This document shows, piece after piece, positions 14,423 through 22,678 of a stretch of DNA of 24,000 nucleotides. The translations under genes and the position numbers were made by a program. This DNA comes from Candidatus Calditenuis fumarioli (GTDB lineage Archaea; Thermoproteota; Nitrososphaeria_A; Caldarchaeales; Calditenuaceae). The DNA is taken from contig JANVYR010000001.1 in assembly GCA_030059665.1 (NCBI GenBank), positions 313,368-337,367 on the forward strand, read 5' to 3'. A model generated the notes under the pieces. That model was not told the DNA's origin and searched no databases. It worked only from the letters and a program-made list of their open reading frames with translations. How positions within the stretch are numbered: the first letter of the stretch is position 1; each line of letters starts with the position of its first letter.

Positions 14423-14635
14423 GTCGGGCTCCGGCCCCCTTCACTCCGTGGGCTGGCTCGGGGCACGGTAATCGCCCCGACTCCCTTCGACGGGAGGACA
14501 AGTAGGGGAAAGAAAGGGGGTGAGGTTGCGCTTGCATCGATCATCAGCTGGAGTCTTCATCCTCGGCTTTGAGCGTCGGTGGCCACCGGCCCGGACTCTC
14601 CCGGTCGGAGGGACGCGGGCTTGGCGAGCTGGGGG

Positions 14636-16225
14636 TTATTCGCCCCAGCCTGCGACCGTCGTGTCCCTCCTTGTCAGTGGGGTCACCTTCATTACCCACC
14701 CCGGCCTAGACCACCCTGAGCGGGTGGGGTGGTCTGGCTCGGGGCGGGTTCGGGTGTCCCCGCCTCCGCGCCAAGCCTGTTCTTCATCCCCACCCTCTCG
14801 GGGTCCAGGCCGGGGCTTCGTCTTCGAGTATTGCAGCGGATTCCTGATCCCCTTAGGACACAGCTTACCGTCCTCTATGCAGAGTCCGTGGGCCTTCATC
14901 GTCTGGCAAGAGGGCGGTTTGTATTTTATCCGAGATCCCCTCTCGCCGGCGATATGCTCTATCTGGTACCTGGCTATCTTCTCGTCGAAGTCAGGCCTCT
15001 CCTGTAGCATCGCCAATATGTCCTCCTTGGAGTACCCACGGTTTATCATGAAGGCCGTTATCGAGAACAGCTCCGCATGCGATGCCTCAGAAATCCTCGC
15101 CCTTATCGCCTTCATGCACGGCGGCCAGTCCTCGCTCGTCGTCTCCGTCGTCTCAACGTACCGGCTTCTTACCCTTATCAGCTCTTTGAGTGTGTCCTCC
15201 GCGGCCTCACGGAGAACGTCGGGTAGTAAATTAATCTTCGGCCTTACTCCCTCGAATCTGGCGAACGCCTCGGCGATCCTCTCCCTCGCCAGCCGGGCCA
15301 GCTCCGCCTTCGTGAGATGAACATAGCCTCTGTGCACCGTCCGGTTTACGAGGCGCCACTCGGGGTTCCGCAAAAGGTTCCTCGCGGCCGTCAAGTAGTC
15401 AGCCAGCGGAACCTTGTAGTCGTAGCCCTCGATCTCCGAGGGCTCGGCGTCCAGTTTCGTCCTCCTTATCAGTTCCCTGAACGTCTCCTCGTCCTCGGCC
15501 AGCATCTGCCGCTCTATTCGGGAGGCCTCGGCGAGCGCCCAGCGCTTCAGCAACCAATCGTCGTTAATAGCTAAGCAGATCACCTTTGCGACGATGAAGC
15601 TCAGCGCCTCGGTAAGGGGATCGTCCAGAGACTGGACGATCCCCCGCTCCCCGCGTTGTAACGCGTCGATTAACCTCTCTTTTGCTCTTGTCGCTGTCGC
15701 CTCGTCGACGTCGGCGACGTTCCAGGCTTCGATTAATTGGCGGTATTCGTCCAAATATTGGAATTTGCTGAGCGTTTGAAGGGTGATAACTAGACCCCTC
15801 GGTTTAACCGTCTCCTGCCGCGCTTCCTTTTCTTCCTTTTGCGCTACCTCTTCGGACTTCGACGCTAACAGCTTTCGTCTCAAAATCTCGATCGCCTCGT
15901 CGTCCAGCTCCGCTAGGACCTGCTCGACCTTCTGCCTTCTCATCTCTTCAAACTCCTCCTCGTTCGGTTCTCTCGGCCTATCCCATCGATACATGGGATA
16001 GGCCCGTTTGAAGCTCTCCAGAAGCTCGTCGTAGGTCAGCGACGGGTCGTAGTGACCCAACCAGTCGATCTCTAGTGGGTCGGCGCGGGGGTTGAACTCC
16101 ATGAAACGCCTTATCAATGCCCTCAGCGTTACGTAGTCCGACTTGCCGTACCTGTCGTAGATCTGTCTGTGGACTCTCTTCGTGACCTCCTCAAGGATTT
16201 CCTCATCGACCGTCATCCGAACCAC
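14636..16225 (-). CDS. PriL-like DNA primase large subunit with an N-terminal extension of about 160 aa
   Basis: The C-terminal Fe-S domain is unmistakable: DWPPCMKAI, SHAELFSITAFMINRGYSKEDILAMLQERPDFDEKIARYQIEHIAGERGSRIKYKPPSCQTMKAHGLCIEDGKLCPKGIRNPLQY (4 Cys). The PriL helical N-domain is also present (ALSFIVAKVICLAINDDWLLKRWALAEASR). Residues 1-160 and the ~65-aa GC-rich tail have no recognisable homology. Confidence 0.75.
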   Translation of the reverse strand: MVRMTVDEEILEEVTKRVHRQIYDRYGKSDYVTLRALIRRFMEFNPRADPLEIDWLGHYDPSLTYDELLESFKRAYPMYRWDRPREPNEEEFEEMRRQKVEQVLAELDDEAIEILRRKLLASKSEEVAQKEEKEARQETVKPRGLVITLQTLSKFQYLDEYRQLIEAWNVADVDEATATRAKERLIDALQRGERGIVQSLDDPLTEALSFIVAKVICLAINDDWLLKRWALAEASRIERQMLAEDEETFRELIRRTKLDAEPSEIEGYDYKVPLADYLTAARNLLRNPEWRLVNRTVHRGYVHLTKAELARLARERIAEAFARFEGVRPKINLLPDVLREAAEDTLKELIRVRSRYVETTETTSEDWPPCMKAIRARISEASHAELFSITAFMINRGYSKEDILAMLQERPDFDEKIARYQIEHIAGERGSRIKYKPPSCQTMKAHGLCIEDGKLCPKGIRNPLQYSKTKPRPGPREGGDEEQAWRGGGDTRTRPEPDHPTRSGWSRPGWVMKVTPLTRRDTTVAGWGE

Positions 16226-16367
16226 CTCTCGAGGAGCATCGGTACGTCAGTAACCGCTACCGTCCCCTCCACCCTCTCCCGGAACCCTCGCGGCCCCTCC
16301 TCCGGGCTCTCGCCCGGGCCCCTCGCCCAAAGGGCGGGGTATGTACCCACCACGGGGTAAATCGGGG

Positions 16368-18053
16368 CTATCGCGGCAGGAGAGGGAGGAGCTTCCGGTA
16401 GCGATCATCCACGAGGAGAACCAGAGCGTTATCTTCGGGACCCCTGATCGCCCTCCCGGCGGCCTGAACCGCGGAGTAGACCGCAGGGAGGACGAGGCCG
16501 TGGAGCCTCGCAGAATCCTCGTCCCCTAACAGCTCCTTCAGTCTCCTCAGCAGCTTCTCCCTCCTCGGCGTGGGTGCGGCGAAAGGCACCCCTATCAGCA
16601 GCACGAGCTCAGCAGATAGGTCAATCCCTTCGGCGAGCCTGCCGTTGAAGACGCTGACCAGCGCTTTGGAGTCCATCTCGAAGGCTCTGGCGACCGCTTC
16701 AACCTCCTCCTGCGTCATACCTTGCTTCTCGGCCAGGACCTCTGCCTCGGCCCTTTTCAGCACCTCCTCGAGGACCTCGTGGCTCGGCAGGAAGACGAGG
16801 GACCTCCTCCCTGCTACGAGCTTCAGCAGCCAGGCGGCGTCCGAGTAGAGCTTCTCGTCCCGTTTCTCGAACTTCGTCGTCAAACCCTTCACCACGGCCG
16901 CGCTCAGGTTGTCTCCGAATGGCCATCCGGCCCTCAGCAACGTCATCTCCCGGCCTACCAGCCTTTCCAGAAGCTCCGCGTTGACCGTCGCGCTCATCGT
17001 GACCGTCGCCCTCCACTTGTCGTAGACGGCCTCGAGCACTTCTTTGGGGTCAGCCATAGCCTCCAGCCTCAGGGACCTCCCCTCCCTCACCAGTAGGGGT
17101 CTGGAGCCCCCGAGGCTCGCCTTGAAGTCGGCTACCGTAAGCACATGGCTCGCCGGAGCGAGGTTCTCCCTAAGCTTAAGCTCCTGTATCTCGAAGCCCG
17201 CCTCTCGGAGCTCCGTGTAAGACGGTAATACGTCATCGACCTCCGCTTCGCCGTCTCCGGGAAGCAATGACTCGTAGTGGTTGGCGGCCCTCTCAAGCTC
17301 TGATGAGATCTCGTTAAACCCGTACTTCCTTGCCTCCCTTGCCGCCCGCTTCAGCGTCCTCAGACTGATGGAGTCCTTGACCATCGACAGCGCCTCACTG
17401 ACAACGTGCTGTGCCTCGTCCAGAACCAGTATCGTCCTCTCCTTCGACCAGCGCCATTTGGCCAGAAGCCATCCGAGGAATCCGAGTTGCCTGTGGGTAG
17501 CGACCAACCCCCGTGCGGTCGGCATCGAGATAGTGAGTACCTCATAGGGGCACGTCAACGTCCTCCGTCCCAAGTCCTTGAGTTCGCTGACCGTCATCGG
17601 CCTCCCCACCGCCCGAGGTTTCCCGGGCCAGTAGGGGCATCTGTGGGCGTATCTGGTCGCCCTGCACGCGGCGTTGAACCGTCTCTGATCTATTTGGGCT
17701 ATTACCTCGTGAAGACACAGTAGCTTCCTCCCGAAGAGCGGCAGCATGCCGGTTTCCAGCGAGACATGTCTAACTTGCGAAGCAGTCCTCGTAAGCCAAA
17801 GCACCCTCAGATTGTTCTCCTCCGCGTACTTGGCTACGGCGGCGTAGACCGCGGCGGTCTTACCCAGACCGGTGGGCGCCTCGACGACCACGTCCCTGTT
17901 GCCGTCGCTCAGCAGTTCGTAGAGCCTGTTGGCGAGGTCGGCTTGGTATTTCCTCGTCGTCGGATGCGGGAAGTGCCTCTTCAACGCAGCCGTCAGCTGG
18001 ACGTCCTCTTCGAGGTCAACCACCCTGACCTTCCCCGGCTGGGGGATAGACAC
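16368..18053 (-). CDS. XPD/Rad3 (DinG-family) SF2 helicase with a 4Fe-4S domain
   Basis: Motifs: FPHPTTRKYQ, motif I VEAPTGLGKT, a four-Cys cluster (LLCLHE, AACRATRYAHRCPYW, LTCPYE), motif II VLDEAQH, MSATV, RLAEGIDL and motif VI VQAAGRAIRG. The start is GTG. Confidence 0.8.
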   Translation of the reverse strand: MSIPQPGKVRVVDLEEDVQLTAALKRHFPHPTTRKYQADLANRLYELLSDGNRDVVVEAPTGLGKTAAVYAAVAKYAEENNLRVLWLTRTASQVRHVSLETGMLPLFGRKLLCLHEVIAQIDQRRFNAACRATRYAHRCPYWPGKPRAVGRPMTVSELKDLGRRTLTCPYEVLTISMPTARGLVATHRQLGFLGWLLAKWRWSKERTILVLDEAQHVVSEALSMVKDSISLRTLKRAAREARKYGFNEISSELERAANHYESLLPGDGEAEVDDVLPSYTELREAGFEIQELKLRENLAPASHVLTVADFKASLGGSRPLLVREGRSLRLEAMADPKEVLEAVYDKWRATVTMSATVNAELLERLVGREMTLLRAGWPFGDNLSAAVVKGLTTKFEKRDEKLYSDAAWLLKLVAGRRSLVFLPSHEVLEEVLKRAEAEVLAEKQGMTQEEVEAVARAFEMDSKALVSVFNGRLAEGIDLSAELVLLIGVPFAAPTPRREKLLRRLKELLGDEDSARLHGLVLPAVYSAVQAAGRAIRGPEDNALVLLVDDRYRKLLPLLPR

Positions 18054-18056
18054 AGG

Positions 18057-18076
18057 GCAGGGGCCTTAGCCCCTGC
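18057..18076. other. perfect 8-bp hairpin (GCAGGGGC-CTTA-GCCCCTGC) abutting the helicase start codon
   Basis: Read directly from the sequence. It ends 3 nt from GTG 18053 in the minus-strand sense. A second hairpin, CCCCTCC-AAA-GGAGGG, lies at 18094-18108. Confidence 0.45.
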
Positions 18077-18142
18077 TAGCCCACTCGGCGCTCCCCTCCA
18101 AAGGAGGGTGCGTTTATCCCGCCAGCCTATGGGGGTCTCACC

Positions 18143-18385
18143 TCACAGGTATCCGAAAATCTTTAGCAGTATCGCGCTGATCAACGTCGTCACCCACAGC
18201 CAGAAATAGCGATCTATCCGCGACTCGAGCCTTTCGAACCTCCTGTCTATGTTCTCCAGTATCTTCCTGTGCTCCTCGACGATCACCTCGAGCTTTGCGA
18301 TCCTCTCAGCCAACTCCATCACCATTCGTGTAAGCTCCTCCGGCGTTAATGGGTCTCCGGCCTGATTTATCTCTTCTGACCTCAC
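18143..18385 (-). CDS. tail-anchored coiled-coil protein, unknown function
   Basis: 80 aa. A heptad-like helix (LTRMVMELAERIAKLEVIVEEHRKILENIDRRFERLESRI) is followed by the C-terminal TM segment YFWLWVTTLISAILLKIFGYL. The start overlaps the upstream gene stop (ATGA at 18382-18385). Confidence 0.5.
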   Translation of the reverse strand: MRSEEINQAGDPLTPEELTRMVMELAERIAKLEVIVEEHRKILENIDRRFERLESRIDRYFWLWVTTLISAILLKIFGYL

Positions 18386-19113
18386 CTGCCATCACCCCTG
18401 TGAGACTCGTAGTGCTTCTTCAGCTCCTCCTCAGAGGGGCAGAGGAGGCCGCAGCTGGGGCAGAAGTAACCCTGTCCCGTGCTGACGACCTCCCCCACCC
18501 CCCGGAGGAATGTCCACTCCCATCTGCATGACGCCGGATGCTTCTCAGCGACGTGCGCCGTTGCTTCAGCTAGGGTCCCGAACCCTGCCCCGCAGTAGGG
18601 GCAGAGCCAGGACCCGTCCTTGTTCTCGAAGAACGTCTTCAGCTCCCCCACCCAGGCCACCTTGACCCGGGCGGGGGTGGTCTCGTCAACGTCGGCCGGG
18701 TGCCTCCCTCCCAGCCAGCCCCGTCTTATGACGACGGGGCGGGCCGAAAGGGAGTACCTCTCCAGAACGTCGGCACACCCTTTGCAGAGGGGCCCTGCGT
18801 ATGAGGGCAGGGCCGCGGGAGCCCCGCACCTCGCGCAGAACCCCTCTACCCTTTTCGATTCGGCGGGTACCTCATCGACCTTTGGCTTGCACTCCGCCTG
18901 CTTCAGCTTCAGGGCCTCCGTGAGCTTGGCCGACGCTCCGCAGCGTGTGCATCGTAGCATGCTGATCGCCTCGCCCGGCACAACCACTTCTTCGACCTCG
19001 TGCTCCCCGAGGGGGAAGGTCCTGTGCCTCTCTCCCTCAGGGGTTTCGACTTGTTCCTTTTGCACCTTCGTCTCCTCTTCCTCGAACCTTTCCTCTTCCT
19101 CCTCGAGCCCCAA
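18382..19113 (-). CDS. multi-zinc-finger protein (two C2H2 fingers plus CxxC ribbons)
   Basis: The C2H2 fingers are CPYCGAGFGTLAEATAHVAEKH and CPSCGLLCPSEEELKKHYESH. The CxxC pairs are CTRCG, CARCG and CKGC. The N-terminus is acidic. The start (TTG 19113) is uncertain. Confidence 0.6.
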   Translation of the reverse strand: MGLEEEEERFEEEETKVQKEQVETPEGERHRTFPLGEHEVEEVVVPGEAISMLRCTRCGASAKLTEALKLKQAECKPKVDEVPAESKRVEGFCARCGAPAALPSYAGPLCKGCADVLERYSLSARPVVIRRGWLGGRHPADVDETTPARVKVAWVGELKTFFENKDGSWLCPYCGAGFGTLAEATAHVAEKHPASCRWEWTFLRGVGEVVSTGQGYFCPSCGLLCPSEEELKKHYESHRGDGR

Positions 19114-19220
19114 CCCCTCGACCCCCTGCTCAGGGGCCTCGGAGAGGGGCTCCTCGGACTCGACGTCCTCCTCCAGTCTCAGCTCGACCCTCCCGGGGCC
19201 TGCCTCCGACCGCCGCTCGA

Positions 19221-20909
19221 TTACACGAAAACCCCTCCCCCTCTCGCGGCGATCAGGGCAGACCCTTTCGGGGTCTCCTCTTCGACCTTCTCAGCCTCCT
19301 CAACAGTCACCTCCTCTCCCTCTTCGGTCTCCTCCTCGACAGTCATCTCAGCCCCCTCCTCGGCTTTCCCCCACGGAAGGCGCCACGGGATTGGCCACGT
19401 CCCCGTTGCCGTGCGGACCAATAGTAGTGACGCCGTCCCGCGGCTGGGGGCCTCGGAGGGAGTGGTTGGAGTGCTGACATCGGCTTCCTCTTCGAAGTCT
19501 TCGTCTTCCTCCAGCTTCAGCTCCACGGAGCCTGTAGGCTCCGGGGGCTGGGCGGGCTCCCCACCTTTTTCAGCCTCCTCGACCCGCCCCTCGACCTCAA
19601 CCCCCTCCGGCAGGGAGGGGGTGGGGGTCTCTGGAGCGGACACCTCTCCCTCCTCGACCTCCTCACCTTGCTCCTCAGCCCTTACTTCCTCAGTTACTGT
19701 TGGCTTCGTGAGCATAAGCTTGATCGGCTTAGGTTTCGGTAATCGTCTTAGATGGAGTCTGCGGTGATCGTAGATGATAAGCTTCGCCTTAATCAGCTTC
19801 TTCCACATCTTCTCCGCCTCCTCGAGGCTCGCCCTGAAGAGGAACCTCTCTAGGACGAACCTCGGGAGGCTGTCGGGGGAAGTGACGACGATAGCTCCCA
19901 CGTCTTTCGTTATTGCTATCGGCATCAGCTCGGGATCGGGGCATATTAGAACCACCCCGACCCCAAAACCTCTCAACTCATAGACGATCCGCTCTCCTAC
20001 CGTCGGTGGTTCGTCAGGAGTTCTCGGCCTGATGTAGTTCTGCGCCTCCTCAGCAACTATCAACTCTCCCAGCCTCGCCTTTAGCCCCCCTTTCAGCGCG
20101 TCCTTGTACTTCCTCACTAGGATCGCGATCGCATATGCAGACTTCAGGTATACTGAGGGGAGTTGGCTGAGGTCGTAGACGACGACGGAGTCGCTTCCTC
20201 TGACGTTCACCGCAGGCCTCTCCTCGTCTATCAGCAACACGTAAAGCCTCCGGATAAGCGCCAGGTACATGTTGGCTTCAGCGTATCTCCTTTCGATGCT
20301 CGCGAGGTCGGCGGCCCTCGTCAGCTCGCGTATTACTTCGGACGTCGTCGGAATCCCCTTCTCGTAGAGTTTGACCATGGTCCTCAGCAGAAGCGTCGCG
20401 CTCGCCGGCGACACCTCCGCCACGTCTTTGCTCATCTCGCGTATCATCTCCACGGCGTAAAGCGCCTTCTCCTCCGCAGTTTCTCCGGGGACGTCCCAGA
20501 TATTGATCTTCCTTACCACAGACGCTCCCTTGAGGTAGGAAACGTACTCGCCCTTCCAGTCGATGACCGTCATTTTGATCCCCTTTTTGACCGCCTTAGC
20601 AATTACCTCCTTCGCAACCGTGGTCTTCCCCGACCCCGTCGGCCCCAGCACGACCATGTGTCGTGCCAAGGCCGACAGGGGCACCACCCCCAGCACCCTC
20701 CTAGCCCTCAATGCCCGGAGGAAGAGGAGGGCAGGGGTGATGGTCGTTATCGCCGCGATCGCTGCGATTGTTGCGATTGGTACTACATTGACCCTCGGCA
20801 GTAGCTCGGGTACCCCTTGGACGATTCCGTACTTCGCCCAGTCCCTCATACCCTCCTGTACCACGTGCAGGAGGGCAAGGGGAACGTCTATCTCGTAGAC
20901 GGCGACCAC
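19221..20909 (-). CDS. membrane-anchored HerA/VirB4/FtsK-superfamily ATPase with a ~160-aa acidic low-complexity tail
   Basis: N-terminal TM segment VVPIATIAAIAAITTITPALLFL. Walker A is VLGPTGSGKT (20622-20645). The Walker B-like motif is ELIVAEEAQNY, in a DUF87/AAA_10-like body. The tail (19221-19709) is Glu/Val/Pro/Thr-rich and contains TWPIPWRLPWGK. ATG 20849, preceded by AGGAGG, is a likely alternative start. Confidence 0.75.
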   Translation of the reverse strand: MVAVYEIDVPLALLHVVQEGMRDWAKYGIVQGVPELLPRVNVVPIATIAAIAAITTITPALLFLRALRARRVLGVVPLSALARHMVVLGPTGSGKTTVAKEVIAKAVKKGIKMTVIDWKGEYVSYLKGASVVRKINIWDVPGETAEEKALYAVEMIREMSKDVAEVSPASATLLLRTMVKLYEKGIPTTSEVIRELTRAADLASIERRYAEANMYLALIRRLYVLLIDEERPAVNVRGSDSVVVYDLSQLPSVYLKSAYAIAILVRKYKDALKGGLKARLGELIVAEEAQNYIRPRTPDEPPTVGERIVYELRGFGVGVVLICPDPELMPIAITKDVGAIVVTSPDSLPRFVLERFLFRASLEEAEKMWKKLIKAKLIIYDHRRLHLRRLPKPKPIKLMLTKPTVTEEVRAEEQGEEVEEGEVSAPETPTPSLPEGVEVEGRVEEAEKGGEPAQPPEPTGSVELKLEEDEDFEEEADVSTPTTPSEAPSRGTASLLLVRTATGTWPIPWRLPWGKAEEGAEMTVEEETEEGEEVTVEEAEKVEEETPKGSALIAARGGGVFV

Positions 20910-20999
20910 CTCCGTTACATACCCAGCCTCGGCTACTACAGGATACCGGAAATCGACGTCCCGCTCGATTACCTGCTATCGAGGATAAAGGGTAGCGGG

Positions 21000-21602
21000 A
21001 TGGATACGGAGAGCATCGACCACGTCTATGATTATTTCGGCAACAGGAGGATCCTGATCGAGGTCCCGGAGGAGGAGATAGAGAGGGAGATGGAGCAGAA
21101 CAGGCTCAGGAAAGAATGGGAAGCCAAGATCGCCGAAAGACTCCAGAAGTGCACGCTCCTCTGGCAAAGCGATAAGGTGCGGGCCTACCTGCTCGACGAC
21201 GAGGAGCTCGCCGGGGTGTTTTTAGATGCGGTAAGCGTTCAGATGGTGAAGGATCTGGGCAGACTCATCGTTATCGCCGGGCCATATTTTGACGAGCCAT
21301 ACAGGGTCGCCTCCCTGAGCATCCATATGCCGACCAAGGTCCTCGCCGCGAAATCTTTGCTTGAGAGGAGAGGAGTTCCGGGAACTCTCACGGTAAAGAA
21401 CGAGGGGGTGCCGGGACCGAAATACCTGATCAGGCTTACCTTTAGACACCTCGACCCGCTCGGATACTGCACGCTCTACCTCGATCCGGACAAGAAATGC
21501 GTAGAGATGGCACCCAAGGCGAGGGTCATCTACGAGGACGGGAAGCTCGTGCTGATAGACGACGAAGCGGTGGAGGAGCTGATGAGGGAGAGGGGAGCTT
21601 AG
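21000..21602 (+). CDS. hypothetical protein (ORFan)
   Basis: ATG 21000 (MDTESIDHVYDYF...) is chosen over the track start at 20817, which would overlap the divergent ATPase gene. The composition is protein-like and no motif was recognised. Confidence 0.45.
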   Translation: MDTESIDHVYDYFGNRRILIEVPEEEIEREMEQNRLRKEWEAKIAERLQKCTLLWQSDKVRAYLLDDEELAGVFLDAVSVQMVKDLGRLIVIAGPYFDEPYRVASLSIHMPTKVLAAKSLLERRGVPGTLTVKNEGVPGPKYLIRLTFRHLDPLGYCTLYLDPDKKCVEMAPKARVIYEDGKLVLIDDEAVEELMRERGA

Positions 21603-21612
21603 GCCCAGCCCG

Positions 21613-21620
21613 TATTTATT
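21613..21620 (+). promoter_or_regulatory. TATA-like box (TATTTATT) for the PCNA-like gene
   Basis: Centred about 26 nt upstream of GTG 21642 / ATG 21645, implying a leaderless mRNA. Confidence 0.4.
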
Positions 21621-21641
21621 CCTCGTTTCAGTTTTTATTTC

Positions 21642-22445
21642 GTGATGATCCGCCTACCTGTCCAGTACTGGAGATTCTTGATCAGGTCATTTCTCGACGA
21701 AGGCGCAGACCGCGTCTTTTATGATCAGGGCAGGCTCCAATCCCTCAGCGTAGACAGAGTCTCCCTGATCAGAGCTTCTATCCACGACCATGACTGTGGC
21801 CGTATGGAACTCGACCTCGACAAGCCGAACGAACTGCTGAAGAAGGCCCGTGTTAAAAGAGGCTATATGACGGTAAGGAGGATCGGCGAAGGTAAGGAAG
21901 AGGAGGAGGTAGAGGTAAGGATAACGGGAGACCAATGCCTGACGACAACGTTCAAATATAAGAGAGAGGTCGGGTCATCTTTCAATCCCGACGTCACGAG
22001 GTTGAACTTTACAGACGGATTCAGGATAGGAGCTGAGGCTTTAGCCCGCACATGCGAGGGCTTGAAGGACTGTGATATCATGTTTTTATATGTGGGGTCT
22101 AAGCTGTTTGTGGGAGGCAGACTGTTTGAAAGCCAACTAAGGTTCACCACGATCCCCACCGTTGCAGGTAACGGCTCGTTCTCGGCATTTGAGCCAAGCA
22201 GGTTGTGCAGGTTCTTGAGGAGGATAAGCGAGTTCTCCAGCGTCCTAACCGTCAGGCTCAAGACGGACGGCCCCATCTACATCCACGCTCCGACACCGTA
22301 TTTCGACGTCGAGTTTATGCAGGCCCCGCGTGCCATCGCTTCCGACGACGTCAAGCTCCTGAAGGAGGTTCTAATTCAGGAAGGGGAGGCTCAGGCTATA
22401 CCCGTCCTTGAGCAGTTGGTGGAGGCTAAACCACAGACCGGATGA
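21642..22445 (+). CDS. divergent PCNA-like sliding-clamp protein
   Basis: Length and collinear pattern resemble archaeal PCNA. The N-terminus has ..FLIRSFLDEGADRVFYDQGRLQSLSVDRVSLIRASI. Mid-protein has LDLDKPNELLKKARVKRGYMTVRRIGE. The C-terminal VLTVRLKTDGPIYIHAPTPYFDVEFMQAPRA matches the PCNA ...fG.d.Pl.l.y....g.l.f.lAPR ending. It carries an extra ~40-aa tail. This is pattern recognition only. Confidence 0.45.
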   Translation: MMIRLPVQYWRFLIRSFLDEGADRVFYDQGRLQSLSVDRVSLIRASIHDHDCGRMELDLDKPNELLKKARVKRGYMTVRRIGEGKEEEEVEVRITGDQCLTTTFKYKREVGSSFNPDVTRLNFTDGFRIGAEALARTCEGLKDCDIMFLYVGSKLFVGGRLFESQLRFTTIPTVAGNGSFSAFEPSRLCRFLRRISEFSSVLTVRLKTDGPIYIHAPTPYFDVEFMQAPRAIASDDVKLLKEVLIQEGEAQAIPVLEQLVEAKPQTG

Positions 22446-22678
22446 TGGGTTTTTACAGGCTCAGGGTTCGCATGGATCTGATCGGAGAGGCCCGGGACTC
22501 ACCCGTCGCACCCGGAACGGCAGGAAACGGTCAAGTCTATGACCAATCTCAAAAATGTTTACCGGGTGAGGAAGGATGAGGGGCTTCAGGACTTGGATCC
22601 GATTGAAACGAGAACGGGTGCCTCCTCGACCCCTTCTGCGGAAGCGCCACCATCCCCATCGAGACAGCGCTCTACGCG

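Noticed and set aside
20817-20999. Track start at 20817 for the rightward hypothetical gene, which gives a 261-aa form.
   Set aside because: It would overlap the divergent ATPase gene by up to 93 nt on the opposite strand, and it begins with TTG. ATG 21000 leaves a normal divergent intergenic region.
22460-22545. Possible missing 3' part of the ribD-type gene at the element's right end. The frame reads RLRVRMDLIGEARDSPVAPGTAGNG, loosely like the ...P.iiGG..ap.l.dG.G ending. If real, the element would have split ribD.
   Set aside because: The similarity is very weak and only ~25 codons long. An EGG-like string appears downstream in the wrong order and frame. There is not enough room for the ~145 missing residues. 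No repeat links it to the 10994 junction.
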